A stretch of DNA of 64,000 bases. It comes from Deltaproteobacteria bacterium (GTDB taxonomy: Bacteria; Myxococcota_A; Polyangia; Fen-1088). A program made the translations under genes and the position numbers. This document shows positions 22,527 through 32,654 of this stretch, one piece after another. Each line of letters begins with the position of its first letter. Positions within the stretch are counted from its first letter, which is position 1. The stretch lies in assembly GCA_033763315.1 (NCBI GenBank), contig JANRKS010000005.1:32001-96000 (forward strand), in the 5' to 3' direction. The notes beneath the pieces are model-generated. The model was given only the letters and a program-made list of their open reading frames with translations. It made no database searches and was not told the origin of the DNA.

Positions 22527-22554
22527 GAGTTACGGAAGGGCTGCTATCTGTCGT
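22527..22554. other. dif/Xer-like recombination site 2
   Basis: gagttacggaa-gggctg-ctatctgtcgt, same orientation as sites 1 and 3. Confidence 0.55.
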
Positions 22555-22702
22555 TTAAAACACTTTGCCTCAATGGTGGAGGTGAAAAGTCGTCATAGGG
22601 TCTATTTTATTGGTCCCGAATTCGGGGCCCCAGGGTATCGTGATCGGCGGTGTACCGCGACTATGCCTCCTATGCCCTATCAGTTGCCGGCATAAGGCTC
22701 AC

Positions 22703-24043
22703 ATGTTGACTGCCGATCAAATTCTCGCTCTCTCCCCTGATGATTCATCGGCAAAGTCCGCAAAGGGGCTGCTGAGTCCGGCGAAGTGGCCGACGCTGGG
22801 TTATACGGAGGCTGCGATCTGGGGCGAGTGCCAAGGGAGTGGATCGAAGCCGTATCAGGTGATCATTGATGTCGGCGGGCCGTCCTTTAAATGCACATGC
22901 CCGAGTCGTAAGTTCCCCTGCAAGCATGGTCTGGCGCTGTACTTGTTGTTGGCGCAAAAGCAGAGCGCCTTCACGTCAAAGGAGCTACCGACCTGGGTGG
23001 CAGAGTGGCTGAAAGACCGGCAGGTTCGTGCGGAGAAGCAGGCCGAGAAAAAAGAATCCAAGGTGGCTGTTCCAGCCGATCCTGAAGTCGCTGCGAAACG
23101 TGAAGCGAAGCGACTCGATCGCATGATCGGCGGCGCGCGTGACCTAGAGCGCTGGATGGCAGATCTGGTGCGTCATGGCATCGCCGATCTACCGACGAAG
23201 CCTGTCAACTTTTGGCGTGAGGTTGCCGCGCGCCTCGTGGATGCTCAGGCGTCCGGTCTTGGCCATGCGGTGAGGCAACTCGAGGCCACCGTTTCCTCTG
23301 GCGAAGGCTGGCAGCAGAGCGCGCTTATGCAGATGGGTCGTATGCAATTACTCACAGATGCCATGCAGCGTCTCGACACACTACCGGAGCCGCTGCGACA
23401 GGATGTGCGTGCCTTCGCGGGCTGGCCTTCGGACAAAGAAGACGTGCTGGCCGCGGGCGATTGCTTGGAGGATACCTGGCTCGTTCAAGGCGTGAGTTAC
23501 GATGAACACGAGAAGCTATGGGAGCGCCGTGTTTGGCTGTGTGGTTTGCAGTCGCAGCGTCAGGCCTTCCTGCTCGATTTTTCGCATGGCCAGCGCCGCT
23601 ATGATCATGGTTTCGTGCCGGGCATGGCCGTGAAGGCGAAGCTGGCATTCTTTCCCAGTGCCTATCCCTTGCGTGCACTTCTGACGAATGTTCCACAGTC
23701 GATCGAGACAAATGTTGCCACGTCAGAGGCGCATTCATGGGATTCGGCGCTTGATTCCATAGCCACCGCGCTTGGCAGCAGCCCGTGGATGCAGCGCCTG
23801 CCGCTCATGCTTCATGGCGCCACGCCGATCTCGCACGGCAACCGCTGGTTCGTCCTCGACACCGACTTGCGCGCCGTTCCACTGCGCATCAGCGAAGAAG
23901 ATGGCTGGCAACTGCTTGCGCTCAGTGGCGGGCATCCACTGTCGATCTTCGGGGAGTGGCTCGGTGACCGCTGGCGACCGCTCACGGCGTGGTCAGTGGA
24001 TGAATCAACTCCATGCTGGACGGAGGCCGTCGTACTCGCATGA
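22703..24043 (+). CDS. SWIM zinc-finger protein
   Basis: WGECQGSGSKPY, CTCPSRKFPCKH. Confidence 0.9.
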   Translation: MLTADQILALSPDDSSAKSAKGLLSPAKWPTLGYTEAAIWGECQGSGSKPYQVIIDVGGPSFKCTCPSRKFPCKHGLALYLLLAQKQSAFTSKELPTWVAEWLKDRQVRAEKQAEKKESKVAVPADPEVAAKREAKRLDRMIGGARDLERWMADLVRHGIADLPTKPVNFWREVAARLVDAQASGLGHAVRQLEATVSSGEGWQQSALMQMGRMQLLTDAMQRLDTLPEPLRQDVRAFAGWPSDKEDVLAAGDCLEDTWLVQGVSYDEHEKLWERRVWLCGLQSQRQAFLLDFSHGQRRYDHGFVPGMAVKAKLAFFPSAYPLRALLTNVPQSIETNVATSEAHSWDSALDSIATALGSSPWMQRLPLMLHGATPISHGNRWFVLDTDLRAVPLRISEEDGWQLLALSGGHPLSIFGEWLGDRWRPLTAWSVDESTPCWTEAVVLA

Positions 24044-25584
24044 ACGCACTCGCCTCACTCGCCGCCACCGCATTGATCGGCACGGAACGTCGCCCGCCAG
24101 AATGGCCCTCCCAGGATGGACCGCTCGGTGAGTTGCTCGCCAAGATCACGCGCGATCAACCGGAAAAGGCGCTGCTACAAACCGCGGGTGTGTTGGCCAC
24201 CTGTCATCTCGCGGGCTGGCTCCCGACCACCATTGGGCAATCGACGCCTGTAGCTCTGGACGATGTTTTGCAGGCGGCCGCCGCACCCACATTGCTGCAA
24301 ACGCTCTCCGGCATCCTCACCGACGGCCCAACTCGCTTGCAGGCGGAGGCTTTTCAAAAACTCGCTGCTGCAAACCGCACACTCCCACATCGGCTGTTAC
24401 CCAAAGCTCTCGATGCCGGCAAGCGCAGCACGGTGCTTCGTCCGCATCTACTACCCGCCCTCGGGCATCGAGGCACCTGGCTCGCCGCGCAAAACGAAGC
24501 GTGGGCCTATGCTGTCGGTGGAGGCAGCGAGTCGCTCGACGATGAAGCCTGGCAGAACGGAAGTCTCGATCAGCGCAAGCTTTACCTCACGGCTCTGCGT
24601 CCTCGCGATGCCGACAGAGCGCGCGCACTCATTGCCGCCGCGCTGACAACGGAAGGTGCTCGAGAGCGCGCGACCTTCATCGAATGCCTCTCCACGGCAC
24701 TGAGTCTCGCAGATCAAGATTTGCTCGAAACCACGCTTACGGACAAAAGCAAAGAAGCGCGACAGGCTGCGTTGCGTTTGCTGTCATCGCTCTCCGGCTC
24801 ACGCTTCATGCAGCGAATGGCCGCGCGCCTTGAGCCCTGCCTCATGATGGAGAAAAAGTTCCTCCGCGGCACCGTGATCACCTTGGAGCCGCCCGCTGTC
24901 TTTGTGGCCGAATGGAAGGCAGATTTGATCGAAGAAGCGAAGCCGAAAGGCTTGGAGATGGGCGAACGCGCCTGGTGGCTGCTGCAACTTGTCCGTGCCG
25001 TTCCGCTGAAGTGGTGGGAAGAGAAGACATCGCTCAAACCAATCGAACTCATCGAGTGGGCCAAGAAATCTGATTGGAGCGAAGCCTTGTTACAAGGCTG
25101 GGCCGCAGCGCAGTCCTTGCAGCAACGAGTCGAATGGGCAGAAGCCTTCCTGTCGACACAGATCCCGCAGGGCAGCTCGCTCAACGTGCTCGACTTGCTG
25201 ATCACGCTTCCGCTGGCTATCCGCGAGAAGCATTTCCTTCGCCTCCTCAGCGCCGCAGATGCGAAACAGCCGGGCTCTATGAGTGCGCTGCTCAACCGCT
25301 TCATTGATAGCATTCCATTGGATTCACCATCACTCTCGGTCGACACCGCAAACACACTGATTCAGTTTCTCAAACGCCGCGTGAACAGCGGCGAGGCCCG
25401 CCACGACTGGCTACTCCGCACCACCCTTGTCGAACTCGCTTGCATCATTCCACCCGCGCAATTCGAGGACTGTGCCGGCGGCTGGGATATCACCAAAGAT
25501 GACGTTCAGCCCTTCGCCGAGGCCATCGCACGAGTCGGCATCGTGCTCGATCAACGCAAACAACTCCACTCACTCGGAGCCTGA
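24040..25584 (+). CDS. DUF5691-like protein
   Basis: ALIGTERR, LGHRGTWLAAQNEAW, DKSKEARQAALRLL; position in operon. Confidence 0.75.
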   Translation: MNALASLAATALIGTERRPPEWPSQDGPLGELLAKITRDQPEKALLQTAGVLATCHLAGWLPTTIGQSTPVALDDVLQAAAAPTLLQTLSGILTDGPTRLQAEAFQKLAAANRTLPHRLLPKALDAGKRSTVLRPHLLPALGHRGTWLAAQNEAWAYAVGGGSESLDDEAWQNGSLDQRKLYLTALRPRDADRARALIAAALTTEGARERATFIECLSTALSLADQDLLETTLTDKSKEARQAALRLLSSLSGSRFMQRMAARLEPCLMMEKKFLRGTVITLEPPAVFVAEWKADLIEEAKPKGLEMGERAWWLLQLVRAVPLKWWEEKTSLKPIELIEWAKKSDWSEALLQGWAAAQSLQQRVEWAEAFLSTQIPQGSSLNVLDLLITLPLAIREKHFLRLLSAADAKQPGSMSALLNRFIDSIPLDSPSLSVDTANTLIQFLKRRVNSGEARHDWLLRTTLVELACIIPPAQFEDCAGGWDITKDDVQPFAEAIARVGIVLDQRKQLHSLGA

Positions 25585-25588
25585 AACC

Positions 25589-26665
25589 ATGAACCCCCAA
25601 CGCCAACACGCTGAACAGAACTTTGCGCTAGAAATCGACGAACTCCGTAAAGCCGACACTCGTCAACGCCCGACCAACTGGAACCTTTCACCATGGGCTG
25701 TTTCACAGTATTTGCTCGGTGTAAAACTCGACAACGGATTCGAAGTCACCGCCAAATACATCGGCGATCGTCGCGTCATTGAAATCGCCGTCGCCACGCT
25801 GGCTACCGATCGTGCGCTGCTGCTTTATGGTGTGCCCGGCACGGCGAAGAGCTGGGTTTCCGAGCATCTTGCTGCCGCCATCTCTGGTGATTCGACCCGG
25901 CTTATTCAAGGCACTGCGGGTACCAGCGAGGAACAGATGCGCTACGGTTGGAACTACGCGTTGCTGTTGGCTAAAGGTCCTTCCCATGAAGCCCTCGTAC
26001 CGAGTCCGCTCATGCGCGCGATGAAGGATGGTCGCATCGCCCGTGTCGAGGAACTCACGCGGATCCCAGCGGACGTACAGGACACACTGATCACCATTTT
26101 GTCGGAGAAAACATTGCCGATCCCCGAGCTATCAAGCGAGGTGATGGCGAATCGCGGCTTCAACGTCATCGCCACCGCCAACAATCGTGACAAGGGCGTG
26201 AACGAACTCAGCAGTGCCCTCAAACGTCGATTCAATACCGTTATTCTGCCCGTACCTGCCACAGAGGAGGAAGAGATCGCCATCGTGACAAAACGAGTCA
26301 GCGAAATGGGCCGCGCGCTCGAGCTTCCCAGTGAACCACCAGCGCTCAAAGAAGTGCGCCGTCTAGTGCAAATCTTCCGCGAGCTGCGTGACGGCCAGAC
26401 CGCCGATGGCAAGACCAAACTAAAATCCCCTACTGGCACGATGAGCACCGCCGAAGCCATCAGCGTGCTGAACAGCGGCATCGCCCTCGCCACGCATTTC
26501 GGCGATGGCACACTGAGCGCTGGCGACCTGGCCGCCGGACTGGTCGGCGCCGTAATCAAAGACCCCGTGCAGGATTCCGTCGTGTGGAAGGAGTACCTCG
26601 AAACCGTGGTGAAAGAGCGGAGTGAGTGGAAGGATCTTTATCGGGCATGCCGGGAGATGATTTGA
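25589..26665 (+). CDS. MoxR-type AAA+ ATPase (YehL-like)
   Basis: GVPGTAKS Walker A, RVEELTR, ATANNRDKGVNELSSALKRRF. Confidence 0.92.
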   Translation: MNPQRQHAEQNFALEIDELRKADTRQRPTNWNLSPWAVSQYLLGVKLDNGFEVTAKYIGDRRVIEIAVATLATDRALLLYGVPGTAKSWVSEHLAAAISGDSTRLIQGTAGTSEEQMRYGWNYALLLAKGPSHEALVPSPLMRAMKDGRIARVEELTRIPADVQDTLITILSEKTLPIPELSSEVMANRGFNVIATANNRDKGVNELSSALKRRFNTVILPVPATEEEEIAIVTKRVSEMGRALELPSEPPALKEVRRLVQIFRELRDGQTADGKTKLKSPTGTMSTAEAISVLNSGIALATHFGDGTLSAGDLAAGLVGAVIKDPVQDSVVWKEYLETVVKERSEWKDLYRACREMI

Positions 26666-26668
26666 GCT

Positions 26669-28939
26669 GTGGATCGACGGATCGTGACTCACCTCTTCGG
26701 CATTCGTCATCATGGCCCCGGCTGCACGCGATCGCTAGTTCGTGCGCTTGAGGAATTGTCGCCAGATTGCGTATTGATTGAAGGACCACCGGAAGCCGAA
26801 GCTGTACTGGCATCGGCTCTACACGCGGAAATCGAGCCACCGGTCGCTCTGCTTCTGTATTGCCCAGATGACACGAAGCTGGCCTCGTTCTATCCCTTCG
26901 CCGATTTTTCACCTGAGTGGCAGGCCATCCGCTTTGGGCTTCAACAGAGCATTCCCGTGCGCTTCATCGACTTGCCTCAGGCGCATGACCTTGCCCTGCG
27001 TAAAGAGTGTGAACAGGCCGATTTACCCGATTTGCCGCCAGCAGATCCTCAAGAAGATGTATCCGGGGACCCCCTCGACTGGCTGGGCCGTGCGGCAGGC
27101 TACGGTGATGGTGAAACCTGGTGGAACCAGATGGTCGAAGAACGCCGCGACTTCGACAGCGCAGGTCTTTTCGATGCCATTCAGGAAGCCATGACAAGTG
27201 TGCGTGCTGAATTGCCGCGTCGCTTGTCCAAAGATGCCGTACATCGTGAGAATCTGCGTGAGGCGTACATGCGTCGATGCATCCGCCAGGCGGAAAAAGA
27301 TGGCTTCCAGAAGATCGCAGTGGTTTGCGGCGCCTGGCATGTGCCCGCTCTCGCCACCATGCCTGCAGCAAAGGCAGATAGCGACCTCCTCAAAGCTCTG
27401 CCAAAAGTGAAAGTGGCAGCCACGTGGGCACCGTGGACGTATGGTCGGCTGGCTTCTGCAAGCGGCTACGGCGCCGGTGTGCTGTCACCAGGCTGGTATG
27501 AGTTCTTGTGGAAGAATCAATCTGTTGATGCGAGCCAGCGAGCCATTGGTTGGATCTCCAAAGTCGCGCGCTTCATGCGTGGCGAGGACATGGACTGCTC
27601 GTCCGCGCACGTCATTGAAGCCGCCCGTCTCAGCGATGCTCTGGCAGCGATGCGTGAGCGTCCGGCTCCAGGTCTCGAAGAGATCAATGAAGCCGTGCGA
27701 ACGGTGATTTGTATGGGTGAGGATGCCCCGTTGCGTCTTATCCACGCACAATTGATCGTCGGTGAAAAACTTGGTCGTGTGCCGCCAGACGTACCCACCG
27801 TGCCGCTTCAGCAGGACCTCAAAAAGCAGCAGCGAAGTCTTCGCATTAAGCCCGAGGCAATCGCCAAAGACCTCGATCTCGATCTGCGCAGTGAAAATGA
27901 TCTCGCCCGCAGTCATCTACTCCATCGCCTGAATCTGCTTGGTGTGAAGTGGGGCGAGGTGCGAGGCGCGGGCCGCAGCGCCAAAGGCACCTTCCACGAA
28001 ATCTGGCAACTCCGCTGGCAGCCCGATTTCGCCATCTGCATCATCGAAGCCAGCCGTTGGGGCCAGTCCATCATTGATGCAGCCACTGCGCTCGCCATGG
28101 ATGAAGCGCAGAAAGCGCAGTCGCTGCCTGCACTCTCGAAGCTCGTGGATCGAGTGTTGCTGGCCAACCTTCCCCACGCCGTTGAGTCGGTTACTCATGC
28201 TCTAGAAAACCAGGCCGCCATCGCCGGCGACACGTCACAGCTTCTGGAGGCCATCCCTCCGCTCGCCAACATCTTCCGCTATGGCAATGTCCGACAAACC
28301 GATGCCTCGCTCGTCGGTCATGTGCTCGACAGTCTCGTCGCCCGTGCATGCATAGGCCTCAGCGGTGCCTGCGCGTCACTCGACGACGATGCGGCGGTGA
28401 AAATGCGCGCACGCATCGTCTCGACCCATCAAGCCATCAAGCTCATCGGTAAGGAGGTGCACCTCACCGACTGGATGCCTGCGCTCACGCGAATTGCCGT
28501 GCTCGGCGGTACACATGGCCTCATTTCCGGCCTCGCCGCTCGCCTGCTCTTTGATGAGCAAGCCGAAGATGTGGGGACCACCTCCACACGTGTGAGTCAG
28601 GCACTTTCGATCGGAAACGACCCCTCACAGGCTGCCGCCTGGCTTGAAGGCTTCCTCCATCAAAGCGGTATGATCCTCCTCCACGATGATCGCCTGTGGC
28701 AAACCGTGGATTCCTGGGTCGCCTCACTGACTGAGGAAACCTTCACGCGCATCCTCCCGCTCATCCGTCGCACTTTTTCGACCTTCCCTGGCACTGAGCG
28801 CATCCAACTGGGTCAACGAGCCAAGCACACCAATGACAGCCATCCTGGGACGTTGGCGCATACCAGATTGGATTGGAACCTTGAGCGCGCCATGAAGCCA
28901 CTGCCGGTGCTGCATCAAATTCTGGGTATCCCAACATGA
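26669..28939 (+). CDS. DUF5682 / YehM-like protein
   Basis: FGIRHHGPG, LIEGPPE, FSPEWQA, REAYM, VVCGAWH, SGYGAG. Confidence 0.88.
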   Translation: MDRRIVTHLFGIRHHGPGCTRSLVRALEELSPDCVLIEGPPEAEAVLASALHAEIEPPVALLLYCPDDTKLASFYPFADFSPEWQAIRFGLQQSIPVRFIDLPQAHDLALRKECEQADLPDLPPADPQEDVSGDPLDWLGRAAGYGDGETWWNQMVEERRDFDSAGLFDAIQEAMTSVRAELPRRLSKDAVHRENLREAYMRRCIRQAEKDGFQKIAVVCGAWHVPALATMPAAKADSDLLKALPKVKVAATWAPWTYGRLASASGYGAGVLSPGWYEFLWKNQSVDASQRAIGWISKVARFMRGEDMDCSSAHVIEAARLSDALAAMRERPAPGLEEINEAVRTVICMGEDAPLRLIHAQLIVGEKLGRVPPDVPTVPLQQDLKKQQRSLRIKPEAIAKDLDLDLRSENDLARSHLLHRLNLLGVKWGEVRGAGRSAKGTFHEIWQLRWQPDFAICIIEASRWGQSIIDAATALAMDEAQKAQSLPALSKLVDRVLLANLPHAVESVTHALENQAAIAGDTSQLLEAIPPLANIFRYGNVRQTDASLVGHVLDSLVARACIGLSGACASLDDDAAVKMRARIVSTHQAIKLIGKEVHLTDWMPALTRIAVLGGTHGLISGLAARLLFDEQAEDVGTTSTRVSQALSIGNDPSQAAAWLEGFLHQSGMILLHDDRLWQTVDSWVASLTEETFTRILPLIRRTFSTFPGTERIQLGQRAKHTNDSHPGTLAHTRLDWNLERAMKPLPVLHQILGIPT

Positions 28940-30117
28940 GCGACGCCATTTCTAACACCGAAAGACAACGCCGCTGGCGACTCGTGTTAGGCGGCGAGGC
29001 AAATGAATCTTGTGGAGCGCTTGCGGGTGCCGACATGGAGATGGATCGGGCTCTGGCGGCCCTTTACGAGCCTGATGGCCCTGATGGGATGAAATCAGGC
29101 CGCCGTGGTGGCACGGAAAAGTCTGCGCCTCGAGTCGCCCGTTGGCTGGGAGACATTCGCAAATATTTCCCGGCCAGCGTCGTCCAGGTCATGCAGAAGG
29201 ACGCTCTCGACCGTCTCGGCATGAGAGAGATGCTCCTTCAGCCGGAGATGCTCGAAGCCGTACAGCCCGACGTGCATCTGGTCGCCAGTCTCATTTCCTT
29301 GTCCGGTGTGATTCCTGCCAAGACAAAGGAAACCGCCCGTCTCGTGGTACGTAAGGTGGTGGATGAACTCATGCGCAAGCTTGCCGAGCCGATGCGCAGT
29401 GCCGTCACCGGTGCTCTCAACCGCGCCACGCGCAATCGCCGACCCCGAACGGCCGAAATCGACTGGAACAGAACCCTCCGTGCCAATCTACGGCACTACC
29501 AAGCTGATTATCAGACGATCGTTCCCGAGACCTTGATCGGTTTCGGTCGCAAAGCACATAAGACCCAGCGCAACATCATCCTCTGCATCGACCAAAGCGG
29601 CTCCATGGCTGCCAGCGTCGTGTATTCGAGCATTTTCGGTGCAGTGATGGCCTCATTGCCCGCCGTGAAGACCCAACTTGTCGTCTTTGACACCGCTGTG
29701 GTCGATCTGACCGAGAAACTCGATGATCCCGTCGAACTCCTCTTTGGCACCCAACTTGGCGGCGGCACTGATATCAACAAAGCCGTCGGCTATTGCCAAT
29801 CTCTCATCACAGATCCAGCCAACACGATCCTCATCCTGATCTCGGACCTGATCGAAGGCGGTGTCGAAAGAAACCTGCTCCAGCGCACCAACGAACTCGT
29901 TCAAAGCGGCGTGCAATTCATCACCTTGCTGGCCTTGAGTGATGAAGGTGCGCCTTGTTACGATCAAGAGCTCGCCGCCAAGATGAGTCTGCTCGGGGTT
30001 CCCAGCTTTGCCTGTACGCCCGACAAATTCCCATCCCTGATGGCTGCGGCCATCAAGAAAGACGACATCGCTCTTTGGGCGGCAAAGGAAGATATGGTGG
30101 CAACGAGAAGAGGATGA
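28936..30117 (+). CDS. VWA (CoxE/YehP-like) protein
   Basis: RRWRLVLG, IDQSGSM MIDAS motif, QLGGGTDI, LISDLIEGG. Confidence 0.9.
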   Translation: MSDAISNTERQRRWRLVLGGEANESCGALAGADMEMDRALAALYEPDGPDGMKSGRRGGTEKSAPRVARWLGDIRKYFPASVVQVMQKDALDRLGMREMLLQPEMLEAVQPDVHLVASLISLSGVIPAKTKETARLVVRKVVDELMRKLAEPMRSAVTGALNRATRNRRPRTAEIDWNRTLRANLRHYQADYQTIVPETLIGFGRKAHKTQRNIILCIDQSGSMAASVVYSSIFGAVMASLPAVKTQLVVFDTAVVDLTEKLDDPVELLFGTQLGGGTDINKAVGYCQSLITDPANTILILISDLIEGGVERNLLQRTNELVQSGVQFITLLALSDEGAPCYDQELAAKMSLLGVPSFACTPDKFPSLMAAAIKKDDIALWAAKEDMVATRRG

Positions 30118-30152
30118 TGCTCGCTCTTATCGACGATAGCCCGGGAAAACGA

Positions 30153-30180
30153 AGTTTACGGAAGGGATGTTATCGGTCTT
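30153..30180. other. dif/Xer-like recombination site 3
   Basis: agtttacggaa-gggatg-ttatcggtctt (bottom strand AAGACCGATAA-CATCCC-TTCCGTAAACT); left flank ccgggaaaacga. Confidence 0.65.
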
Positions 30181-30205
30181 TCCCTCACTGGTTACCCTGA
30201 TGACG

Positions 30206-30248
30206 CGCCGAGCACGATGCCCGCTTACCCGCCGAGCACGATGCCCGC
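30206..30248. repeat. 19-bp direct repeat duplicating the Uma2 gene 3' end
   Basis: cgccgagcacgatgcccgc at 30206 and 30230. Confidence 0.9.
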
Positions 30249-30791
30249 ATAAATCTCATCGACGAGTATCGAGATAGGAGGCACGGACAGCACAACGTCT
30301 TCGCCCGCTCGGCTTTCGCTTTGCTCCCAACCCGCAGGCGTCCTCGACACAACAGTTACCTGGGGTCGCCGATGAGAGATGAAAATGACGGCTGCTACAC
30401 TCGCGCACTGTTTGTAGTGGCTTAACTTTTCGCCTCGATCGTAGTCCTCAGTGGAGTCGCTGGTCACCTCCACCACGACGGTGGGGTTGATGACAGCGTT
30501 GCGGTCGATTGAGGCGACCAGGCGCTCGCCGCAGACGATGGTGACGTCAGGAAAGGTTGAGAGGTCAGTAGCTTCGATCCTCACCTTTAGAGCCGACGAC
30601 GATACGCGGCACCGCCCCAAAAGAGCATTGCCGAGAATGCGCGTGACGGAGGCGGCCAAGTCGGCGTGAGCGGGTGTTCCCCCCGCCATTGCGTAGATTT
30701 CTCCGTCGCAATACTCAAGCTTCACGCCACTGATCTCGAGGGCCGCGAGGTACTCTTCATAGCGATAATGAAGCCGTCGGGCGGTGTGCAT
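30225..30791 (-). CDS. Uma2 family endonuclease
   Basis: EYCDGEIYAMAGG..H, FPDVTIVC, VEVTSDSTEDYDRGEKL..Y. Confidence 0.9.
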   Translation of the reverse strand: MHTARRLHYRYEEYLAALEISGVKLEYCDGEIYAMAGGTPAHADLAASVTRILGNALLGRCRVSSSALKVRIEATDLSTFPDVTIVCGERLVASIDRNAVINPTVVVEVTSDSTEDYDRGEKLSHYKQCASVAAVIFISHRRPQVTVVSRTPAGWEQSESRAGEDVVLSVPPISILVDEIYAGIVLGG

Positions 30792-31152
30792 GGAGTCTAC
30801 CGTACCACTTCGGCGGCAGGTTCACACGCCGCCCTGGCCGATGAACGAAGCCCAGAAGGCGCGCCGCGAAGGACAAGGGGCGAGATGCGAGCCCTGCGGA
30901 CTTAAGCCCAGTGACGTGCTTTTTTGGTTGTAAGTAATGGCAATTTCACGCAAGCGCAAGCAGTTTGGATCTGTTCGAGGCTCAGCTTGCGTTGCCACGG
31001 CAGGTCGCAACTGACCGGTGTAACTGACAGATTCGCTGCCTTACAAGCGCCGCGCGACAATTAGGTTGCCGCGCTGACCGCGCGATATGGCGTGCGGTGA
31101 AATTGCCTCAGCTTGTTCTCAACCATCACGGCGGCGACCTGCCACCACCGCC

Positions 31153-32034
31153 TCACACTCGCTGCGGCCAAGCCTCAAGCACACCGCGCCCCCACCGCAA
31201 GAGGTTAGGCAACGCCGACTCGTCACCCGCTGTTAGAGGTGGCTCGGGGAGTGCGCCCCTTAGTGAGAGATCGAGAAGAATGCCCCTCGCTTCATTGGCC
31301 TTCACCACAGCTGCTACATCAGGCAATTGCGCGGCCGATTGCTCTAATGCAAGCAGGTGCCACGCCGTAAGAAGCACCGCAGACCAATCCACCCAGAGCA
31401 GAGAATCGGCAGCGACGAGCTTGGCGAGGGCGCTCGGATGCTTGAGTCGGAAGGAGCCGGCCCCCTTGCCTGGCGCGCGAGCGACGATGCCGGACGTTTC
31501 CAGGTCCCCGAACAGTCTTTCCACAGTTCGCCGCGTGTATCCCAGGAAATCAAGATGGGCAGAGGGCATCCACCGTCCTTCGGCGGCCACCAGCTCACAG
31601 AAGACATCCGCCCGCGCACCGTTGCCCGCAAGCCCCCTCATGCGCAGCCTCACGAGGGACGGACGTTCCACCGGCGGTGCACGCATGGAAGTATGGCTCG
31701 TCTCAACGCGCGCCGAGGCCTTCTTCCAACTGGCAGCACTGCCTGGAAGTCGATCGACAAACGCTGTAAACGCCGTCAGAAGCTGCTTGGGTTGCTTGCG
31801 GGCGAGGCCCCACAAGCGCGTCTGGCTCACGCAGTGGCCATGCTGGGCGCACCAGGCGCTAACTTGCTCGGTAAGGCGCGGCTCTTCTTGCACGAGAGAC
31901 GGCGTAAACACGATGAGCGGCTCAAGGTCCATAGCGACGTGTTTGTATCGCCGCTCCACACCGGGGACTCCCAGCTCCGTCCATGCGTTCCAAAGCAGCT
32001 TGGCGATGGCATCGCTGATCGATTGGGTGCTCAT
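31153..32034 (-). CDS. Hypothetical protein with central winged-HTH-like region, partner of the NTase
   Basis: LWNAWTELGVPG, DLEPLIVFT, LRMRGLAGNGARADV; starts 3 bp after the NTase stop. Confidence 0.6.
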   Translation of the reverse strand: MSTQSISDAIAKLLWNAWTELGVPGVERRYKHVAMDLEPLIVFTPSLVQEEPRLTEQVSAWCAQHGHCVSQTRLWGLARKQPKQLLTAFTAFVDRLPGSAASWKKASARVETSHTSMRAPPVERPSLVRLRMRGLAGNGARADVFCELVAAEGRWMPSAHLDFLGYTRRTVERLFGDLETSGIVARAPGKGAGSFRLKHPSALAKLVAADSLLWVDWSAVLLTAWHLLALEQSAAQLPDVAAVVKANEARGILLDLSLRGALPEPPLTAGDESALPNLLRWGRGVLEAWPQRV

Positions 32035-32037
32035 CCG

Positions 32038-32649
32038 CTATTCCTTGTGACCGAGCGCTGCAAGCAGCGGCACCACATCGATTCCCAGCGTCTTGAGCAG
32101 TGGCTTTGCATCCAGTTCAAGAAAATCCGCGCGGCCGTCAATCCGCATGCACCAACGAAGCGCGTGCAAGACCTCATCAAATGTTGGTGCGAGCCGCTTG
32201 AGGTCGGCCACGTCAACTGCTCGTCGAGAGCGCTGAGGATCGGACGCAGCGAAGATCTTGAGCGCAACCAGATCGAGCCGTGAGGCGATCCGAATGGTCA
32301 AGGGACCGTACGCTCGCCTATCGAGCCGGCCCTGAAAGCCCTCTGGCAATCCCATCGTTGTAAGGTAGGAAGGGCCCGCGTTGAGCCAGTCTTTGGGATC
32401 GCGGGGGTGATGTGGAAGATCCAGCGCTTTTCCCACACGCCTCACGCACTGAACGAGCGCTGTTGGAAGCGGCGCTGAGGCCTGTAGCGTCCCGTTCTCG
32501 ACGCGAGCGACAATATCCAGATCCGCCGTTGGACGTTCCAGTTCGCCCTGGAGCAAGAGTGCTCCTCCTCCCACCAGCACCAAGTCGGCCACCATGCCTT
32601 CCTCGTCGAGTAGCTGCCCCAGCGCCTGAAGCGCGTTCTCGAAGTTCAT
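32038..32649 (-). CDS. DUF6036-like nucleotidyltransferase
   Basis: LVLVGGGALL..RPTADLDI, WLNAGP, DLVALK..DVADL. Confidence 0.75.
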   Translation of the reverse strand: MNFENALQALGQLLDEEGMVADLVLVGGGALLLQGELERPTADLDIVARVENGTLQASAPLPTALVQCVRRVGKALDLPHHPRDPKDWLNAGPSYLTTMGLPEGFQGRLDRRAYGPLTIRIASRLDLVALKIFAASDPQRSRRAVDVADLKRLAPTFDEVLHALRWCMRIDGRADFLELDAKPLLKTLGIDVVPLLAALGHKE

Positions 32650-32654
32650 GGGCT

